A DNA stretch of 64,000 bases, taken from the NCBI GenBank assembly GCA_907165135.1, contig OU015568.1, forward strand, positions 4,402,001 through 4,466,000, given 5' to 3'. How positions within the stretch are numbered: the stretch's first letter is position 1; each line of letters opens with the position of its first letter. Below are positions 39,501 through 51,399 of the stretch, piece after piece. The notes beneath the pieces were generated by a model, which was not told where the DNA came from, did no database searches, and saw only the letters and a list, made by a program, of their open reading frames with translations. The position numbers and the translations under genes were made by a program. This DNA is from Oikopleura dioica. Lineage: Eukaryota > Animalia > Chordata.

Positions 39501-40464
39501 AACGATGCACAATTCAGATTGTGCTCAGCCGACGCCCGCGCCGATTCCGCAGATAAATGCTACAAGGAAGGGTTCCATCATAACAACGATTGTTGTGTAT
39601 TTGTTAAGAGATATTTCTTTTTGAACCCAAAAAAGTGCGAAAAAGAGCGAGCAAGAGAAAGAGCCGGAGTGCGACTTCAAGTTCAAGGGCTCTTGTCTCA
39701 ACCCGCGAATAGTGCTTGCCGTCTTCATAGTCCTGGTCCTCCTTATCATTCTCATCCTCGTTTCAATTTACGTCTGTCTCTGTAAAAAGTATTTCTCCCA
39801 ACGCCGCGATCAAATGAACGATCAGGGAACTGGCCAATATCCCGCTAATCAGCTTCACGATGGTACCATTACTGCCAAGGTACATTCTCTCTCAACCGTT
39901 ACTCTTCATCATTCCTTCCCTAGCCCTTTAAAGACGATAACTGCTCGCGACAAGACGAAAACCTCCCGCTCATGTCTCTCCCTCAAGATTCTCGATTTGC
40001 TACTGAAATTTGTCCTGACACGCCGCTCCTCGGTCACGAGAGTCCAACACAGCTCCAAGACTCTGATTTGGAGAAACGAGAAAGCTCCACTTTTCCGTCC
40101 AGACCTTCTACGCCTTCGGAAAAAGAGGTTAGCTTCGTTTCTTTCTTTGAATTCTCGAAATCGTCCTTTTCAGACTTCTCTTCGGCTCCAGCATTCAACA
40201 GAATTGGTCGCTTTGGCCACTAGCGTCGGAGAATCGCTTCCCTCTTCTCACAATAGTCTCAGTAACGGCGAGTCCTGCTGCTCGTCAAGCAGCCTGGACG
40301 AGATTGCAAAAGTAAAAACAAACATTCGATTGTTTGAGCAAAAAAACGAAACAAGTTCAAGCAACAAAAACCCCTCCTCCGCAGTTCAAGAGATGTACCC
40401 GCGCATTTTACAAAGCTCGCTGCTTGGCGATAATGCCGACAATCGCCACCACTGTCCAGGCTAA
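33572..40464 (+). CDS. Large type I membrane protein with multiple Ig-like and FN3-like domains (5' exon(s) lie upstream, not resolved)
   Basis: Ig signatures LDC...LRW...YFEC, VLDC...AIWFMNG...FTC, ILTCHV...FEWLHDGKP...GSFQC and LVC...LWKQNG...LLIYDFSHGDEGSYSC. FN3-like ITWSVP, YEVQVR and IRWD...YVVHL. TM segment LAVFIVLVLLIILILVSIYVCLC followed by KK, then a Ser-rich tail with no catalytic domain. One ~3-kb ORF (36037-39120). Confidence 0.8.
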
Positions 40465-42839
40465 CAGGAAACGCGGCTATATTCAGCTCTGGAATCGCGA
40501 AATATGTCTAAAACAACATCCATTGTATAGCCGAAAAAAGCGTTTCATCCTTGCCTTGACCCGATTATCTCATCGCTACAAATTCTTGACCAAAAATCCA
40601 GCTTCTCTCCGACTGAAAGAAAAAATAAGAAAACAGCACGCTCAAGAAAACCGCTTTTGGGCCGCTCAAGACTTGAGCTGCTGTGAAACATAATATTTTT
40701 TATTCTCCTTTTTGTTCAATTATTTTCAATTTCGAGCTTGATGTGAAGTGACCTACCTGATACCTCCTTTTTCGAACGTACAACGACGACGTATTTTTTA
40801 TAAATCTTTGCTTTATTTTTTCTCCAAAGCATCTTATGCTTATCGAAATTCTAGCGCCCCTGTCCAATCTTGCCAAAATCATTTTACGCATTTGCTGATT
40901 TTTGGGGTGCTGATTTATCGATTTCGATTTTTTGAGAAAAGAAAAACAAGAACTTTATTAACTTTTGTCTTTATTTCTCTCCTTTACCTCAATAATGAGT
41001 GCTCTTCGATCGTTGATCCCCTGTCTGGCAGACAGTCTCGCCGACTCCAGACAATGTCGAGCAATCAAGATCACTTTTTGATACGCTGTATGTACCTCAA
41101 GAATTTCCGATAGCTTCCCTTTGGCAGATCTATTCCCTGTTTTTTCTCTTATCCAGCTACAGTATTATCTAACTGTAACACTTTGCTAGTGCTGACCCTA
41201 AAAAGAAGATCCCCCTTTTTCACCCCGCAGCTCCCTTTTTGCCACAGCTCTAAGCTCGCTCAAAGACCCCAAACTTTCACTAAAAGATAAATCTAAGAAA
41301 GGAAAAGATAATTTTATATTTATGATCACGTGACTACCTCCAATGCTCCACCTGTGCTAGGCCTCTTTTTGGCCCCTATTCTCCTTCTCCATCTCTCTCT
41401 TTCTCTCCTTTATTCAAGGACTCTTGATTCAGCTTCAAATTTGAGGCTCATCAAGGGACTCTTGATTTCTCCAGTATATAAATTGATATCTATTACTAAT
41501 TATTAATATTTATTTTTTACTGCTACACTCATCCAATCTTTCTCAGGTTATCAACTAGAAATCATGATTTTCGGTCAAGATAGTCGCCAGATTATTTGAG
41601 AATCGACAATTATAAGCCGATTTTCGATATTTTATCAACTATCTTGGCGGATTATTTATGATTTTTTGCCGATAATCTTGGTAAAAAAGGATGATTGCAA
41701 ATGTGAACCAATTGGTTTCTCCTTCGTTTACTTTTTTTGTTCAAAATTGCTTATTCTTTCTTGCTATTTTTCTCTCTGCATCCGTACATGTTCAAGCTCT
41801 CCTCAAGTTCACTACCTTATTCAATTTATTTAATAAATTCATCGAAACCGTCACCGACCCTTCAAGCAACATTTACAGTAAGGCAGCTGGCAAAATCGCA
41901 GGCTTTGCATATTTCGCACCATTAGTCGGTTAAACCTCTTCTAAAACATTCATTAACCTTGAGCCTTTTTCTTTATAAAAATCGCAGCCATTTAATTATG
42001 AATCTGTCATTTGCTTGTAAAATGAAAGCAGCTTGATCAAACGATTCCTCCGAAGAGCTGAAAAGCGTTCCATAAACGCGGAGAAAAAATAAATGTTTAG
42101 GCTTTTTTATGTCAGAAATACGAGCGATGATCAGAGGGGCAAAGAGTAAGAGTCGTCAATAATAGGGCTAGGCAGACTGTGCAGAAAGAACCTGAGTAAT
42201 GGTTGTGAGGGATCTTTCGAAACCCTGACTCAGGTTTTCTTCGCAAGCCTAGGCTCGATATTTTTGATCGGAAAGTTCAAACAATTCTTAAGCTGGATTC
42301 GCAAAAACCAATTGAAACGAACCACGAGCATGACTTCCTTCAGCAGCAGCAAGGTAGCTTTCACTTTGATCCTTCTATCAGAATTTATCTTGACTGTATA
42401 TTCAGCAATTATCCCTGAAAGCTGCTTATTCGTACAGGCGTCAAAGGAATCGGCCTGTTCATCGTTATTTTTTTGTGTTTTGCTTTTCTCCATTCTGGTG
42501 GTTTTTAATTAGCTGCATATTCGATGCGCATAACAAAGGGCTGATACTTTCACTTCTATAGACAAGAAACGAAAGGCAGACATTTTCAATTATCATTTTC
42601 CCACTGAGCCTTGCGCCACTGAATTCATTCATACTAATAAGTTGCTATACTTTCAGCCAAGTCCGCCAAATCATCGAAATATTGATCATTTTTTTGTCCA
42701 GGGTGTTTTATATACAAATTAATTTAATTTTCACATGATGAAATTGGAGAGAAATCGGCACTCGCAGGGACTTGTTGAGCTGAAGTTTTGACAATTCGAT
42801 TTCGAATCAGTAGAAAACGGGAAGTAAAAGAGTATCTGC

Positions 42840-43566
42840 GTGGCTAGGGAGAGAAGCGACTCAGTCCGGTTAAAAAGTTCTAATTTGAGCACTCGAGAAC
42901 AAAGTAGAAGAGAACTTCATCCCTTCATTAGGCCCTGGATTTGCTCGGCGATTATCGGAATCACTTTTATACTCGGTAAAAATGTCTACTTTTCACCAAA
43001 ATTAACAGTTTCAGCCGCTTTCTTGTGCACAGAAGCATTCAATAACGCTGGATTGATTCCGAAAAAGCCAATTTTATACGCACTCAGTGGAGTTTTCTTT
43101 CTAATTGCAATTATTGGACTGTTCTTTTCGATCCAGTTTTTAGTCAAGCACGGCGGGGTAGGTTGAAAATGAAGAGTTAATCAGCGCTTTCAAAGTCGAA
43201 TTAATCATTTTCTTTGATTTTAGGGCGATCACTTACCGTCAATCGACTCAAAAATGTCCTTGTCTTCGATTTCTAGGGCGATTTTTATCGACGAAGAGGC
43301 CAGCAAAGCATCTCAAAGAATCAAGGTCAGGCTTCTCAAAAAAGTCATTGTTCTCGAATCAAATTCAGTTCGAGGCACCGGAGGATCACATTATTCTTGA
43401 AGACAGCCAATCTTCCATGCCATCGCCATATTTTCAAATGCCCTTTCGAGAACGACTTGCGATCGAGGAGTTTATCAAGCGATCTGCGGCGGAGGATCCT
43501 TGTGTTGATAATGCGAGAACTGTTCCGAATTGTAAATTTTGCTTGAAAAACTGTAAAGAAATTTAA
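42840..43566 (+). CDS. Hypothetical small multi-pass membrane protein (exons inferred)
   Basis: Hydrophobic segments PWICSAIIGITFILG and ILYALSGVFFLIAIIGLFFSIQFLV. Downstream open exons end CKFCLKNCKEI*. Start not resolved. Confidence 0.4.
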
Positions 43567-43617
43567 TCAGGTTTTTTGTGGCTGAGTGTTTTTGCTTATT
43601 TATTCAGCAGATAAAAC

Positions 43618-45453
43618 CTATTTCTTGTTCGAAGTTGCTTGAGTGATAAAAACATAGGAGTGTCCGGAGATTTCTAGTTTTTCATCGCCAACTAGTTCTG
43701 CGTAGTCGGCAATATTGAATCGTAGCGCGCCGGGTTTGAACTGTGCTTCGATTCCGTTGATCATTACCGTTGACGATTGCAGATTCGGAGAAGTTAGATG
43801 GTACTTTGTCGCGGATTTGAAGTCCTCGAATTCCTGGAAAATTGAAGATCAGGAAGAAACAGATGAATACTTACGTCGCAATAAAACAAGATTGGCTCGT
43901 GACTGTAATTGATGACGAGGAGTGTTTTCTGGAGCTTTCCATTTATCGTTTCCGTCTCGGCGAAATATTGATGTGTCGAGTTGCCCTTATCGTTCCAAGC
44001 TTGAAGTTTTTAGTTCACAAAGCTCATCTTGTTTCCCTACCTTTATAGATTTTTCCGACCATCAGTTCTTTGAAAAGTAAGGCGCCATAAAAATCTGGAT
44101 TCACCAACATTTTCTTTGAATTAGAATCGACTTGAAGTAGTCCATAATTTCCACCAACAAAAGTTTGTCGACAAAAAGCTTTGTGGCCACTTTCGGCCAT
44201 CACCGCCATCCAATCAACGTACCAAAAGGCGGACATGAATCGGTTTGTGACGGTATTCCGGCCAGAGTTGTATGCTCCGCCGGTTTCGCCCATCCACACG
44301 CCTAAGGGCAAATTATCGAAACTGCTCGCTTGGCTGAAATTAAAGGTTAGGTTAGGTTAAGGATTTCGAGCAAACTTGGCAAGATGATAAATTTTTGAGT
44401 TAAAGTTCTCGTCCATAATTTCTTCATCAACCTTGTCACTTGACCCCGCTCCTAGCGGATAAGAATGATAAGTAAAAGCATCAAGTTGGAAGGTCGGATC
44501 TTTGATTTTCATTTTCGCGAGAAACTCCTTCACCCAAGCGATGTCAAGCGCCGTATCCACGCCAAAGACTTTCGGGCGATCAATCGACGAAAAAAACGAT
44601 TCTTTGAGCACTCGCCAGAGCTCTGCAAAAGTATCGACTCCTTCGTCAACAGTCAACTTTGCCTCGATTCCATATTGTCCATAGATTTCGTTTCCGAGTT
44701 CGAACGCAAAGATATTTTTCATGTATCCCTCTTCTATCCAATCCTCAAGCATGTGATGAAATTGTGTTGAGTTCCAGTCGCCTGTCCAGTTTGTAGAACC
44801 GGTTTGAGTTCTTCCCTCCATTGCGTTCACTCCCCAGAGTACTTTGAAGTTGACGCTGTTGACGAAATTGAAGAAGGTTTTTGCGCGACCTTTTGAGAAA
44901 CAGCCATCGCCGAAACCACTGTGTCGTCCTGGTTCGGGACTGATTGGATAGGGTTTGCTGAATGGAATCATATCATCCGGCGGATTTTAAAATGCTTACC
45001 AATGTTGCTCTGAAACTGACATATTGTAGCGAATATGATCTTGAAGCGTTCCACCAACTCGTAGAAACGCATAAGAATCCCCGAAAGCGAGCGAGCCGCT
45101 TGTCTCAGAATATCATCACCAAAATCAAGCGCATTCATTCCAGCTCCTGTCCAACTGCAATTTCCATAGTCGCATTTCGAGTCCGGCCACCAGTCAAGAT
45201 TGACGCAAACATAAGGATGCTCGAGTCCAATATTGTTCAAAACAGTACTTTTTAAATCTCAGAAATTCATATTTCCATAATTTTTCTACCTTTTATCAAT
45301 CTTTATTCGCATTTCTCTTTTGGCCGAGGCTCTTATCACATTTGCTGTAATTGTACTAAAAGCAACAATAGTAAAAACGATAAACCAGCCATGTTTTTCT
45401 ACAAGAGCCTTTGGTGAGCCACATTTTTGAATTGAAAAGGGGCTTGAATGCAT
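43618..45453 (-). CDS. Glycoside hydrolase family 79 (heparanase-like / beta-glucuronidase), multi-exon
   Basis: Motifs VCVNLDWWPDSKCDYGNCSW, FELGNE (acid/base Glu), FTYHSYPLGAG, VWMGETGGAYNSG (nucleophile Glu), FWYVDW, CRQTFVGGNYGLL, NPDFYGALLF and YHLTSPNLQSSTVMING. N-terminal hydrophobic segment WFIVFTIVAFSTITA. Confidence 0.93.
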
Positions 45454-45979
45454 TTTTGAACACATAAGATATGTTTTTTCGCGAACGGGGGAGATAGTAA
45501 AACTTGACCTATTCGAGTCTTTTGGTTATCGATATTTTTTCTTAGTTCTTTTAAATTTTCTCCCTTTGATAACGATTGAAATGCAAATTTATTAAGCAGT
45601 TATGATTTTAGTTAAGTTTGACTGAGGCTTTTTATTATTCCCTTTTTTCTGAAATTTTCCTTTTGTTCACATAAATTTCAAACGCTCCGATAGACCTAGT
45701 AAACCACCAGATCAGAAAACCTATCAAAGACGCCACCATCAATCCAAGCAAAAAGTAGCGAAATCTCTTGCTCTCAAATGCGAGGAAACAGATGCAGAGG
45801 AGGAGGTCCTCCATTTTTATACGATAATTCGTTTGAGGAACAATATTTGGGATGCTATAAAAACGCCACCGAGGGCGAGGAAAAGGTCGAACGGATTAAG
45901 TTTACCTTTTCTTAGAGAAAATTGAGTTTAAACATCAAGATTCTTGATTCAAGAAAATTGATTCTTCCGGTCATTTTCT

Positions 45980-47364
45980 ATGACTCATAAAGACATTGAC
46001 AGAGCTACTTCTGAACCTGATAAGCCCAAGCACACCGGGGTCATCCTTGGTGATAACAGAATAATTTATTATTTCCTTGAAGGGGGTCCCATAAGGGCGA
46101 GACGTTCAGAAATGGAAGACTTCGTAGAATGGGGTCGAGAATTCGGCGTCGATTTTACAAAATTTTCAATTCAAAAAATAGAGAATCAAGGCTTCGGAGT
46201 CGTGGCAAAGAAGAGCATTTCTTATGGAGAGCCGCTGATAGAAATTCCCGAAGAAATTATCATCACGCTTGATAAAGTACTGAAGGACAGAAGGATACAG
46301 GACGTTTTGCGATATGGAAAACAATTTGAAAAGGTCGATTCGATGGACATGTTTTTGCTCTTTTTGACAATCTACAGATTTGAAGAAGATTCGTTCTTTT
46401 GGAAGAAATACTTCAGAATTCTCCCGGAAGAATACGGCCTGCCGATTTTTTGGGAAGAGAAGTACAAGTCCTGTCTTCCAAAAAGCTTCCAAAAGATGCT
46501 GTCAAAAGAGCGGGCGATTTATGAGAAACGCTTGAGCTTCGCAAAAGAAATGTGCCCTGAAATCAAAGATGATGATTTCAAATGGGCCTGGAGCGCGTTT
46601 TTAACGAGAAATGTCAAGGTCTCACATGCGGAGTACCTCAAAAGAGCGGATGATTCTGCTTGGAAAAGACCTTCATGGTTGCAAGAGGGGGATTATGACG
46701 ACTCGGCGCTAGGTACTCAAGCAATTTTACGATGAAAAAGCGAGGTTTTTAGTGCCGTTTTTCGACCTGATCAACCATACGGAATCCGCAAGCGTTCAAT
46801 ATATCTACCAAAGAAGGGACGAAAAATTCAAGCTAACTGTAAAACAAGAAATTTGCGAAGGAGATCAGATTTTTATCAATTATGGAACGTATGGCTCGTT
46901 TGATAAACTGATGGATTATGGTTATGTAGAAGGTGGTATGCCGAATTTCAACGAGAGGTTTGATAAAAATTGCGCTTTGTTGAGAATTATTGTTAAGTTT
47001 TTTCGTTGAAAAAGAAGAAATTCTAGAAGTGTCGAAAAAGCTCAAGATTTCACTGCCAAATGCGTCGGAAATTGAAGACATAAAAGAGAATTCCTTTGAA
47101 ATCTTTCGTGCATCAGTCTCGCCGCAGATGGAAGAATTTCTCGAAATTCTAACGAACGAAAACGAAGAAGCAGCTGCTCAGATCAAGATAGAGCTCTTTT
47201 CGGATATCATTCAGAATATTCGGAAGAATCTTTGTAAGCGAAAAATATATTTGGCCGATTGATTTTTAGTGAATCTTGGCACGGATTTCGGCGATGAGAT
47301 TGTTTTCTGCAGAAGATTGTATAAGAAAGTGTATACGATGATAAGTGATATTTTGTACGACTGA
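45980..47364 (+). CDS. SETD4: SET-domain lysine methyltransferase of the SETD3/4/6 (Rubisco-LSMT-like) group, SETD4-like; 5' end uncertain
   Basis: Motifs GFGVVAKKSISYGEPLIEIPEEIIIT, WKKYFRILP, FKWAWSAFLTR, LVPFFDLINH and EGDQIFINYG...LMDYGY. Orthology within the group is tentative. Confidence 0.75.
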
Positions 47365-48349
47365 AAAAAAGACTGAAATAGAAATGAGAATAGAAGGGAC
47401 GAAAAGTCATTACTGTACTTTTTTGCAGACAATGGAATAAGTTCAAGAGCTCGATGTTTTGACACCTGTTCGAATTTAGAACAAGACATGTCATTTCCTA
47501 GCGCCAAAAAGAACATGTTCGGGACACTTGTCTAAATATTATAAGGCTCTTCTTCTCTGAAAAACAAGACCCTAATGAGATTAGCTTTAATATTCTAATT
47601 GCAATTGCCCATTCAACAAGTACCCTTCTTTCCAAGAAAATAGATCAGTTGAAAAGAGACATATCAGAAAAGAAGGGATTTTTGGGCGCAATATGAAGAG
47701 TTTTATTTTAATTTTTTTCGTCATTTTGAAGTTGACAAGCGCCGGTTTTGGCAGTTTCTTGATTGGTAAAGTAAATTGATAGAAACCCCTTTATTCTTCG
47801 ATTTTCTTTAGAGAACAACAAAGATATTCCACCACACATGGCCAAATTCGCCGATTTCTTCCGAGCTGTCCAAAGAGATGCGGTCGAAAGTCCATCAAAG
47901 AAAAGGTCAAAACACGAGACATTGTCGAACAGAGAAATTTGGATCAATTTTTGACCGTAATTGTAGCGAAGTCGAGAAGAACGAAAAAGATCGCGCGCAA
48001 TCAAGAGATCAAAAATTGCTCAAAATCGTCTTAAAAGACTTATACGGCTGCAGTCAAGGTCAGAGCTTAAGAGACTGTTGTTCTTGACAAAAACGTTCAT
48101 GCAAATATTCAGAAAGCTAAGAGATATGATAAGACAGGAAAGAGAGCGAAGATTTATGGAGAAACATAATTTTTCGTATGGAGTTCTGTACAACTAATTT
48201 TCAAATAATAAAAATCCTCTTTATGTTGATTTTATTGAATCCACCGTGCAGTATACAGTATGTTAAGACTCTAAGAAGAAAAAGAGTAGTTTGAAAACCT
48301 CTGAAATCTCTTTTTCTTGCAATTTTCATTTCTTTGCTTTATTTTATTT

Positions 48350-48550
48350 TCAAAAATCGTAGAAATTCAAATTCTTTTGGCAAAATTGCTTGTTCTGAAG
48401 TTCCTTCAATCTCTTCAATTTCGCTTCTCTTTCTCTCACGAGCGAGATGAGCATGACAATGACTCCAAGGATCAACAGACCCGTAAAGATTCCTGCGATT
48501 CTGCATTCTTTTAGACACGGGTTTGTCCAGATATTCGTCTCATTATCCAT
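48350..48550 (-). CDS. 66-aa single-TM microprotein
   Basis: MDNETNIWTNPCLKECRIAGIFTGLLILGVIVMLISLVREREAKLKRLKELQNK; paralogous to the ORF at 49449-49613. Confidence 0.55.
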   Translation of the reverse strand: MDNETNIWTNPCLKECRIAGIFTGLLILGVIVMLISLVREREAKLKRLKELQNKQFCQKNLNFYDF

Positions 48551-49448
48551 TTTTCAGGAAATGGTCCATTTCAAAATCAGCTTCTGGCAAATGTTTCTTG
48601 TCGATTATTTTAGGAACCAATGCGGTTTTTAATTGAATAGAAATGGTCCTCGAAATTGATTTAAACATTTTTTTTCGACTTTTCCTTCGAGATCATAATT
48701 AAAATTACTGGAACAACTACACTTACGTGTATCGGTAGAACATATTGGTCTGAAGATAGGCAGGTGAGTAGCCTAGCCTTCACCGCAAATAGAGTTCTAT
48801 GAGGCCTTGTAGGTGCGATTGAAAAACCACAAAAGCTGGCGGAGCTGTTCAACCAACTTATCTACTCAAAGGACGAAATACTTCCTATTCTTAATTTCAA
48901 GATAAAAAATCTTCAGAAGAAATAAATATTTTGGGCAGAACCAAGAAAAAAGAGTGATTTTACGGATCTTGGTTTTGATTGGCCGGTAGGCCAAATATAG
49001 AAATCTTATTGGTCTTTCAAAACTGCATTTCCTTTTCTAGGTTTGTACCAAATTTTTCTCCCTTGTAATTTTTTTACTTGAAATCAAGGAAGAAAATATC
49101 CCAAAATACCCGAAAAAATAATCGTCCTTACTTGTAGCCATAATCTTGGACAACAAAGAAGGAGCAATCTGATGACGGATTTATAACCCAATTAGTTTTG
49201 ACGGGTAACAAAATAAATTTATCGCGCCAGTCTTCTGAAAATCTAATCTGAAGAAACAAGCAGTTCGCCGCTGATTTACAACATTCCATTTATTTCCAAC
49301 CACCTTCTGGGGCCAAATTTTATTCCATTCGATTTTCAAGACGAAATAAAGTAATTTTCATATTTTGGAAGGGAGAAATCGCGATGCCTGTCAATCATTT
49401 AGAGCACGGTTTGAGAAACAACTGTTTTTTTTTTTGGAAACTTTTAAA

Positions 49449-49613
49449 ATGGAAAGTGAAAATTCAGAAGTCACAAATTCGCTGACGAATATCATTGGCG
49501 GTTCTGTCACTGGGATGGTCATTCTAGCGCTAATTATTTTGATGATTTGGTTGATTCGGCAAAGAGAAGAAAAAGCAAAAAGATTGAAGCAACTAATGAA
49601 CAAGCTAATTTGA
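49449..49613 (+). CDS. 54-aa single-TM microprotein
   Basis: MESENSEVTNSLTNIIGGSVTGMVILALIILMIWLIRQREEKAKRLKQLMNKLI*; paralogous to 48350-48550. Confidence 0.55.
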   Translation: MESENSEVTNSLTNIIGGSVTGMVILALIILMIWLIRQREEKAKRLKQLMNKLI

Positions 49614-49656
49614 TCAAATATAGATTTTTTGCTTGAAAAAATATGGTTGAAAAGGA

Positions 49657-50655
49657 GGCTGCTCCTGGATCGCGCGGAATCCTGGATCGCGCGGATCCCG
49701 GATCGCGCGAATTCCTTGATCACGCAGATTGGGTGATTCAGGATTCCGCGCGATCCAGGATTTCGAAAAAAATCAGAAATTTAATTCACAATTTTGCTTT
49801 TCTTATTAAAAATGGCCAGAACTGGTGTTAAACAATGTACCATGAGATTTTTTTAGAGAGGGAGAAGGCCCCTGGCCTCGCTTTCCCGTTTCACTCTCGG
49901 GGAAATCTAGAAAATTCTTTCAGCTCCAGTTGGGCACCTCAGAATAAAGAATTTAGAGTGCGGCGCACTACGGAAAAATACAGTCATTTGATTGGCTAGC
50001 CGCGCTAGGCGCGCGCGGCTAAACTGAGAGTCCCAAAGGGTTAAAAATATCAAATATAATGAACCTTCAACGAAATCTTCACTCAACTATTTTTGGTTGT
50101 TTGATTTCCGGGACCTACTACGCAGGGATTAGCAGCGCTCAAGTTCCATTTGGAGGTGACAAATGGATGGCGGTCCCGGATTTTCGCAGTGACAGATTAG
50201 AATAAAAATTGAGAGCTACTCTTATATTAAATAAGTTACTTATCATTATTAACGATTCCTTTCATTTCCTTCTCTTGATTCTTTTCAAAACATTTCTCAA
50301 ATAACTGTCTGTCCCTGCGAAAATCCGGGACTGCCATCCATTTGTCACCTCCAAATGGAACTTGAGCGCTGCTAATCCCTGCGTAGTAGGTCCCGTAAAT
50401 CAAACAACCAAAAATAGTCGAGTGAAGATTTCGTTGAAGGTTCATTTTATTTGATATTTTTTAATTTCTAAATTGAAAAGATAATAATTACATTGTTTAA
50501 CACCAGTTCTGGCCATTTTTAATAAGAAAAGCAAAATTGTGAATTAAATTTCTGATTTTTTTCGAAATCCTGGATCGCGCGGAATCCTGAATCACCCAAT
50601 CTGCGTGATCAAGGAATTCGCGCGATCCAGGATTCCGCGCGATCCAGGAGCAGCC
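49657..50655. mobile_element. ~1-kb foldback element with 9-bp TSD (MULE-like)
   Basis: Ends GGCTGCTCCTGGATCGCGCGG / CGCGATCCAGGAGCAGCC. Outer arms ~49657-49839 vs ~50490-50655; inner arms ~50047-50197 vs ~50305-50458. TGAAAAGGA is duplicated at 49648-49656 and 50656-50664. Confidence 0.88.
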
Positions 50656-51399
50656 TGAAAAGGATGATCAAAATTACTCTCTAGAATCGTCTAACAAAAA
50701 CCCCGACGAATTCGAAGGGCCCGATTGATGCTGTTTGAAATTTGACTGTAAATAAAGCCCATTTTTTATATTTTCTCTCTGAAAAACATTTATTTCAAAA
50801 ATGATTTTGACCATTTTTATTCAAAAAAATGACATTTTCATGAGATTTCATGATATTTCTCTGCTGTTCGAATAATTTTTATGTTATCATTTAATTATAC
50901 TGCTCTTTTTAGTAAGTTTTTTTGAAAAAATATATTCGCGCTAACTCTGTGGTTAGTACTATTACTAGTACAGTTCAATAGCCGTTTCGCAAGCACGCGA
51001 AAACTGCACCCTTTGCCTTTAACCACTAGTGCCCGTGGAGTGGTAAACAAATTAACGGTTCAGTGAAAATCCACAAACGATGTTCAACCAGGCCACAAAC
51101 ATTTTAAATGCGCGCCCGAATACGTTTCCGTCCGCGTTCTGGAGAAAAATGACTGAAAATTATACCATTCTAATCTGTGAGAAGAAACTTTATTCAAAAG
51201 AAAAAAATTTTGCCAAATTAACAAAAGAAAAAGTTATTTATTTTCAGAGCAGGCGAAGAAGGGCAATGCCTTCAAAAAAGTCAAAAAAGAATGCTCAAAA
51301 CATTGAGACTTCAAAAATGGGCACAAACCAAGAAAAAGAAGTGCATTTCTGGAAGACCAATAAGATTGCCGTATTTGGCTCAGCGGCCAATGAAAACCA

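Noticed and set aside
42230-42512. Overlapping ORFs on both strands (87 aa minus, 82 aa plus)
   Set aside because: I cannot tell which strand, if either, is coding. The segment abuts a degenerate MITE copy and has no homology cue.
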